In this document: positions 58,745 through 64,000 of the stretch, in pieces
Position numbering within the stretch: the first letter of the stretch is position 1
Layout: each line of letters begins with the position of its first letter
Assembly: GCA_951406725.2 (NCBI GenBank)
Contig: OX597833.1
Coordinates: 69,812,001-69,876,000, forward strand
Source of the DNA: Octopus vulgaris
Lineage: Eukaryota
Direction: 5' to 3'
DNA: 64,000 nucleotides
The notes under the pieces: model-generated
What the model saw: the letters and a program-made list of their open reading frames with translations, nothing else
Database searches by the model: none
What the model was told of the DNA's origin: nothing
Made by a program: the position numbers and the translations under genes

Positions 58745-59607
58745 CATATACCATCACCCTCCACGCACACATACATACCTATATATGAATAACCTCTCAC
58801 GAAATACACTTATGATGTGGAATATTGAATAGATGTTGCGATAGGTTACAATATAAATCTATCATCCTGGGCCTTCCCTCTTTAACCAATTATATTTATA
58901 TATATATACATATATATACATACACCTAAACAGAAAAACACACACACACACACATGTATATATGTATGTGTGTATATTCTCGCTTATATCGATTAGCGAT
59001 TATTGATGGCGAAGTTGAAAGAAGTTTCTCTTGAAGTCAGATACGATAAGTATTATTGAATGTTCACTTAGAGAGATTAAATTTACAGACCGGAAATTGG
59101 AAAATGAAATTATTGTTCTTAGAGAAGTTGTGGCAAGAAAACTAACGCCGCTAATCTCGTTTACCGACAGGGTTACGAACGTCGCAGCGCTGTTAATGAT
59201 GGTGGCTGTGGTTGTGGTGGGTCGTGGTGGTGGTGGTGGTGGGTAGTGGTGGTGGTGGTGGGTCGTGGTGGGTGGTGCTGGTGCTGGTGGGTCGTGGTGG
59301 TGGTGGTAGTGGTGGTGGTATTCGGCGGCGGCGGTGAATGTGGTGGTGGTGGTGGTTGTGGTAACGATGGCTGACAGTGATAAAGTTGATGGTAATTTTG
59401 GTGATGAAGATCACTGTGATCTCAAATGATGTTGGTAAAGATGATAATGATCACGATGATGAGGACGAGGTGTTGAAAGAAGAGGAGGAGAGAGAGGAGC
59501 GGGTTTATGAATGTTGTGGTGGTGAGTACAATTATTGTAGATAACGATGAGATTTAGGGATGAAGAGCGACGCTTCCTCCTCCAAATCAAATTTCACTTC
59601 CCAGTGA

Positions 59608-59748
59608 CCATCGCCATTCTCCTTTACGGCAGCGAGTCATGGCCGATGAGGGTGGAAGATATTAAGCGACTAGGATCCTTCGATCACCTCTGTCTACGAC
59701 GCATCTTTCGTGTCCGATGGTATCACTTTGTCTCCAACAGTTCGGTGT
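59608..59748 (+). pseudogene. RTE-clade LINE fragment (post-RT region)
   Basis: ILLYGSESW..EDIKRLGSFDHLCLRRIFRVRW..FVSN. Confidence 0.8.
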
Positions 59749-59750
59749 GA

Positions 59751-59840
59751 CACCCGCCAGCCTTCATCAGATGTCTTGGGAAAATTTCGAACCGGGGTTC
59801 TAATTCCTAAGGTATTTTTGATATTATTATTATTATTATT

Positions 59841-59933
<93 letters not shown>

Positions 59934-60019
59934 GTTATTATTATTATTACTATAATTATTACTATTATTATTAGTATTATTATTACTACTGTTATTAGTA
60001 TTATTAGTATTATTATTAC

Positions 60020-60068
<49 letters not shown>

Positions 60069-60190
60069 GTTGTTGTTGTTGTTGTTGTTGTTGCTATTAT
60101 TATTATTATTCAGGACTCTGCATGGAATCGAACTCAGAATCTTGGCGTTAGTAGTCCGTACTCTTAGCCACTATGCCATATGCTCGTGGG
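59751..60190 (-). mobile_element. tRNA-headed element F8: Pol III head, (AAT/AAC/GAT)n, linker, 5' half of HHR
   Basis: A box TGGCATAGTGG (60168-60178), B box GAGTTCGATTCC (60124-60135); ends CAU-CUGAUGA-AGGCUGG. Confidence 0.75.
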
Positions 60191-60232
60191 CACCTGATGA
60201 AGGCTGGAGGGTATATCAACCGAAACGTTGTG
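60191..60232 (+). ncRNA. Minimal type I hammerhead motif F8 in an inverted 3' arm (60191-60300)
   Basis: CAC-CUGAUGA-A-GGCUG..CAACC-GAAA-CG-UU-GUG; tail (tgtaaataa)n. Confidence 0.8.
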
Positions 60233-60344
60233 TTAACAACAAACAAGATGAGGGCAAATATCCGTCAAAATGTAAATAATGTAAATAGTGTAAATAATGT
60301 ATATATTTATACTTGAAGTATCATATTGACTTATATTATATATT

Positions 60345-60917
60345 GATTTCAAGTGTTGACACAAGCCCAGCAATTTAGTGGGAGATGTAAGTCGATTGGA
60401 TCGCCCTCAGTACTCGACTGGTACTTATTTTATCGATTACATGAAACGCAAAGTCGACACCGGTAGAATTTGAACTTAGATCAGGAATATGGGCGAAATA
60501 CTTATTTCTTTACTACCCACAAGATGCTAAACACAGAGAGGACAAACAAGGACAGACAAACGGATTAAGTCGATTATATCGACTCCAGTGCGTAACTGGT
60601 ACTTATTTAATCGACCCCGAAAGGATGAAAGGCAAAGTGGACCTCGGCGGAATTTAAACCCAGAACGTCGCTGCAGACGAAATACCTATTTCTTTATTAC
60701 CCACAAGGGGCTAAACACAGAGAGGACAAACAAGGAAAGACAAACGGATTAAGTCGATTATATCGACCCCAGTGCGTAATTGATACTTATTTAATCGACC
60801 CCGAAAGGATGAAAGGCAAAGTCGACCTCGGCGGAATTTGAACTCAGAACGTAACGGCAGACGAAGTACCGCTAAGCATTTCGCCCGGCGTGCTAACGAT
60901 TCTGCCAACTCGCCTCC
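60345..60917 (-). mobile_element. Trimeric SINE family A array (one head, three bodies)
   Basis: Tail-to-internal-head junctions gaaatac(c/t)tatttcttta near 60495 and 60680. Confidence 0.85.
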
Positions 60918-61127
60918 AATTGGATTATACATTGCGAGAGTCTTGTTTGAAGCATGATTAGGCAGAAGTGTTGACGCAACGGAAAATATTATTGGCAGCG
61001 TTTCTTCCCATGTTTGAGATTCTGGTTTCGAAGTCCACCGCGGTTACATATGTATATGTGTATGTGTGTGTGTATTTGTGTATGTATGTGTGTATCTGTC
61101 TGTGTGGGGGGGGAGAAAGAAAGAGAG

Positions 61128-61278
61128 AGTCGGGTTTCTTCTAGTTTCCGTTTAACAAAGCTTTGGTCATCCTCGGATTTCAGTAGATGACGCTTGCCCA
61201 AGGTGTCACACAACGGGACTGAACTCGGAACCATACGGTTGGGAAGCAGACTCCTGACTACGTGAATCATGCCTGCAT
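61128..61278 (-). mobile_element. Decayed SINE family B, 5' half
   Basis: cttgcccaaggtgtcacacaacgggactgaactcggaaccat. Confidence 0.7.
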
Positions 61279-61308
61279 CCATATACATATATTAAGACAT
61301 ATAAGTAT

Positions 61309-61343
<35 letters not shown>

Positions 61344-61566
61344 CAATATATATATATATATATGTATATATAAAATATATATATGTATATATTGTATATG
61401 ATTTATTAATTTGCCTATTTGGCTTTACTCTCGCGCCCTCTAACGTTATTATTTTTAGAAATAATATTGCTCTATACATACATTATATATGTATATTTTT
61501 ACATACATCTATATATACATATGTATGTATGTAAATACATATATATATACATATGTATGTACGTAA

Positions 61567-61601
<35 letters not shown>

Positions 61602-61704
61602 GGAGTAAACACATAAATGTGAAACAAGGTGGAAAAAAAGAGTACTCAAATATCAGTGGTAGAGTAATATGCTTTATTTTAAGCAGCAGAAAATTCAACA
61701 AAAT

Positions 61705-61742
61705 CTGTTACTCTGAGTTTCTCGTTGCCGTTCATCAGACAG
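61705..61742 (-). ncRNA. Minimal hammerhead motif F9
   Basis: Reverse complement of 61763-61800. Confidence 0.7.
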
Positions 61743-61762
61743 TTTATGCTAGAATGGAAAAA

Positions 61763-61800
61763 CTGTCTGATGAACGGCAACGAGAAACTCAGAGTAACAG
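61763..61800 (+). ncRNA. Minimal hammerhead motif F9
   Basis: CUGU-CUGAUGA-A-CG-GCAA-CG-A-GAAA-CUCAGAG-UA-ACAG. Confidence 0.7.
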
Positions 61801-61847
61801 ATTTTGTTGAATTTTCTGCTGCTTAAAATAAAGTACATATATATATA

Positions 61848-62305
61848 TTTTGTGAAATAGAAAGATGAATAATCTTGTTGCAGATTAATCAAAAGTTTAA
61901 CCGATACCTTGGTAGCAAAAATCACAGCAGAAGACAGCACGGTTGGAGGTACAACCATATGGTGTTGCAACCGTGCGTTGGTGCGGATAATTGAATTTTA
62001 ATATTATTAGTGAATTGAAGAAATGGAGTTGAACGAATATTGAACAGAAATCGTTTTATTGCATTCTACACGTGTTTCGTTGGCCATGGGCTCTTAGGAG
62101 CCTCGTTCGATTTGTTTTGCTCCGCCTCTGTTCTGTTTTTGTTTATTCCAACGGATTTCCTATTTCTTCCTGAAGAGAAAGACACAATATGGTCTCATTA
62201 TTCAATCGGAATTTGGTAAATTGTGCCTTTCGAAACACGTGTAGAATGCAATAAAACGATTTCTGTTCAATCTTCGTTCAACTCCATTTCTTCAATTCAC
62301 TAATA

Positions 62306-62308
<3 letters not shown>
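61848..62308. mobile_element. Second F2 locus: long arm (-) 61848-62079 joined to short arm (+) 62080-62308
   Basis: Left part is the reverse complement of ~26313-26544; right part matches ~26160-26390. Confidence 0.9.
62167..62246 (+). ncRNA. Type I hammerhead motif F2
   Basis: Nearly identical to 26249-26328; core and stems intact. Confidence 0.9.
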
Positions 62309-62337
<29 letters not shown>

Positions 62338-62794
62338 ATATATATATATATATATGTTTATACATACATACATATGTGTATATATATATATATATACCTT
62401 GTAGGTTTTCTATGTCCTATAGGATTTCTTGTGTTATCCACCATTGTCTTTTTGGCTCCAAGGTTGTTTTTGCTCGTTTCCTACTTATTTCGTCTTTGTC
62501 GTCGAAAATTGCATTTTTACCCCCTTCGTATATCCACTTGGTGTTGTTTTGTTTTTTTCCTCGACGCCGTACAATCACCGCGTCTTTCGCGGACACCGCT
62601 TCTTTGGCGGACACCGCCAGCATGAGAAGCTCTCAGTGTTATCATTAATGATGCAAAACTGAGTAATACCATTTGGTTGATAACTGAAGAAGAATTAGGA
62701 ACCTTCTGTGTCTGTCTCCCGTCTGGTTCTACACTCAGTATACCTTATGTCGTTTTTTATCTGTCGTAGTTTCTTTGCAATGCATGTTTTCATA

Positions 62795-63170
<376 letters not shown>

Positions 63171-63490
63171 ACTGATAGGTACATACCTACGTGCACACAC
63201 GCTAGTAGACACACGCTCACACAGCGAGGTGCTTTGCTATCCTGTGTCTGAGTAAATACTATGGCTTCAGAGCCACCATCAGTGTGTATTGGGATTTTGG
63301 TTTTTCTTTTCAATTCATCACATCATATGGTTTGTTAATACCGTGTGTGATTTTCCAGTGCTGCCTCTCTTTAAACTGTTTACTTTGCAGCGTAGAAGTA
63401 CCCATTAAGCCGACCATAGCCGCATACAGACAAACATAGAGATATTTATGCGTCAGTGAGATGATATATAAACGTGTGTGTGTATGGGAG

Positions 63491-63521
<31 letters not shown>

Positions 63522-64000
63522 TAGAGAGTGAGACAGAGAGAGTGTGTGTGTAATTGCAGAGGAATTTTTAATAGTTCTTCCAGCGAATTATATAGATTTT
63601 TTTCCTTCTTTTTTTGTCTTCGTAAATATCGATTTTCTGATAAACTCTTAGTTGCAATGTTAATAGATAAAAATAAATATATATATATATATATAAGCAG
63701 TAAATCGCATCATACTCGGCTATATTTCTTCCTCTCTTCTAACACATAAATTCGTCGTTTAGATGCGTCTCACATTTTATTTGATATATTTTATCCACGA
63801 ATTTATATGATAATATTCCGAAAGAGATTTCGCCGATCTATTTGTAACAGGATTCACTGACCACTATCAGCTTTCTCTATAATTTATAATCAAACTGTTT
63901 GTTTTTTTTCTTGTGTGTATTTCTTATTTAAATCTGAAGCTGTCTACACCCTGCTTCATTATTATATATCTTAATATATTTCTTAGAATATATATATATA

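Larger units (their letters stand above)
61600..61833. mobile_element. HHR family F9: perfect 74-bp inverted arms (61672-61745 / 61760-61833), 14-bp loop, left arm extended to 61600
   Basis: Direct reverse-complement match; (TA)n on both sides. Confidence 0.9.

Noticed and set aside
62400-62790. Possible RTE endonuclease/linker remnant (WITQEIL; [11 protein letters not shown])
   Set aside because: Motif similarity too weak without a profile search

Overview
AT-rich, microsatellite-saturated animal genomic DNA. The repeat repertoire looks like octopus/coleoid cephalopod; this is an inference. No host protein-coding exon can be supported, and almost all ORFs in the track are microsatellite artefacts. 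The window contains at least four tRNA-headed SINE families, 3' fragments of Tx1-like, R4/Dong-like, CR1-like and RTE-like LINEs, two Helitrons and a Tc1/mariner remnant. The main unannotated signal is about 16 minimal type I hammerhead-ribozyme (HHR) motifs in about 9 unrelated short non-coding element families. Each motif reads stem I - CUGANGA - stem II - GAAA - mostly palindromic stem III - UH - stem I. These elements mostly sit inside (TA)n tracts, and several form asymmetric inverted repeats with both 3' ends pointing outward. They include a 545-bp HHR tandem array with a fold-back (retrozyme/circRNA-like) and a tRNA-headed SINE carrying a hammerhead. HHRs in Penelope-like elements (PLEs) are a known class. 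The diversity, (TA)n targeting and recurrent architecture here are what merit follow-up. All alignments and folds were done by eye; coordinates of degenerate repeats are approximate.
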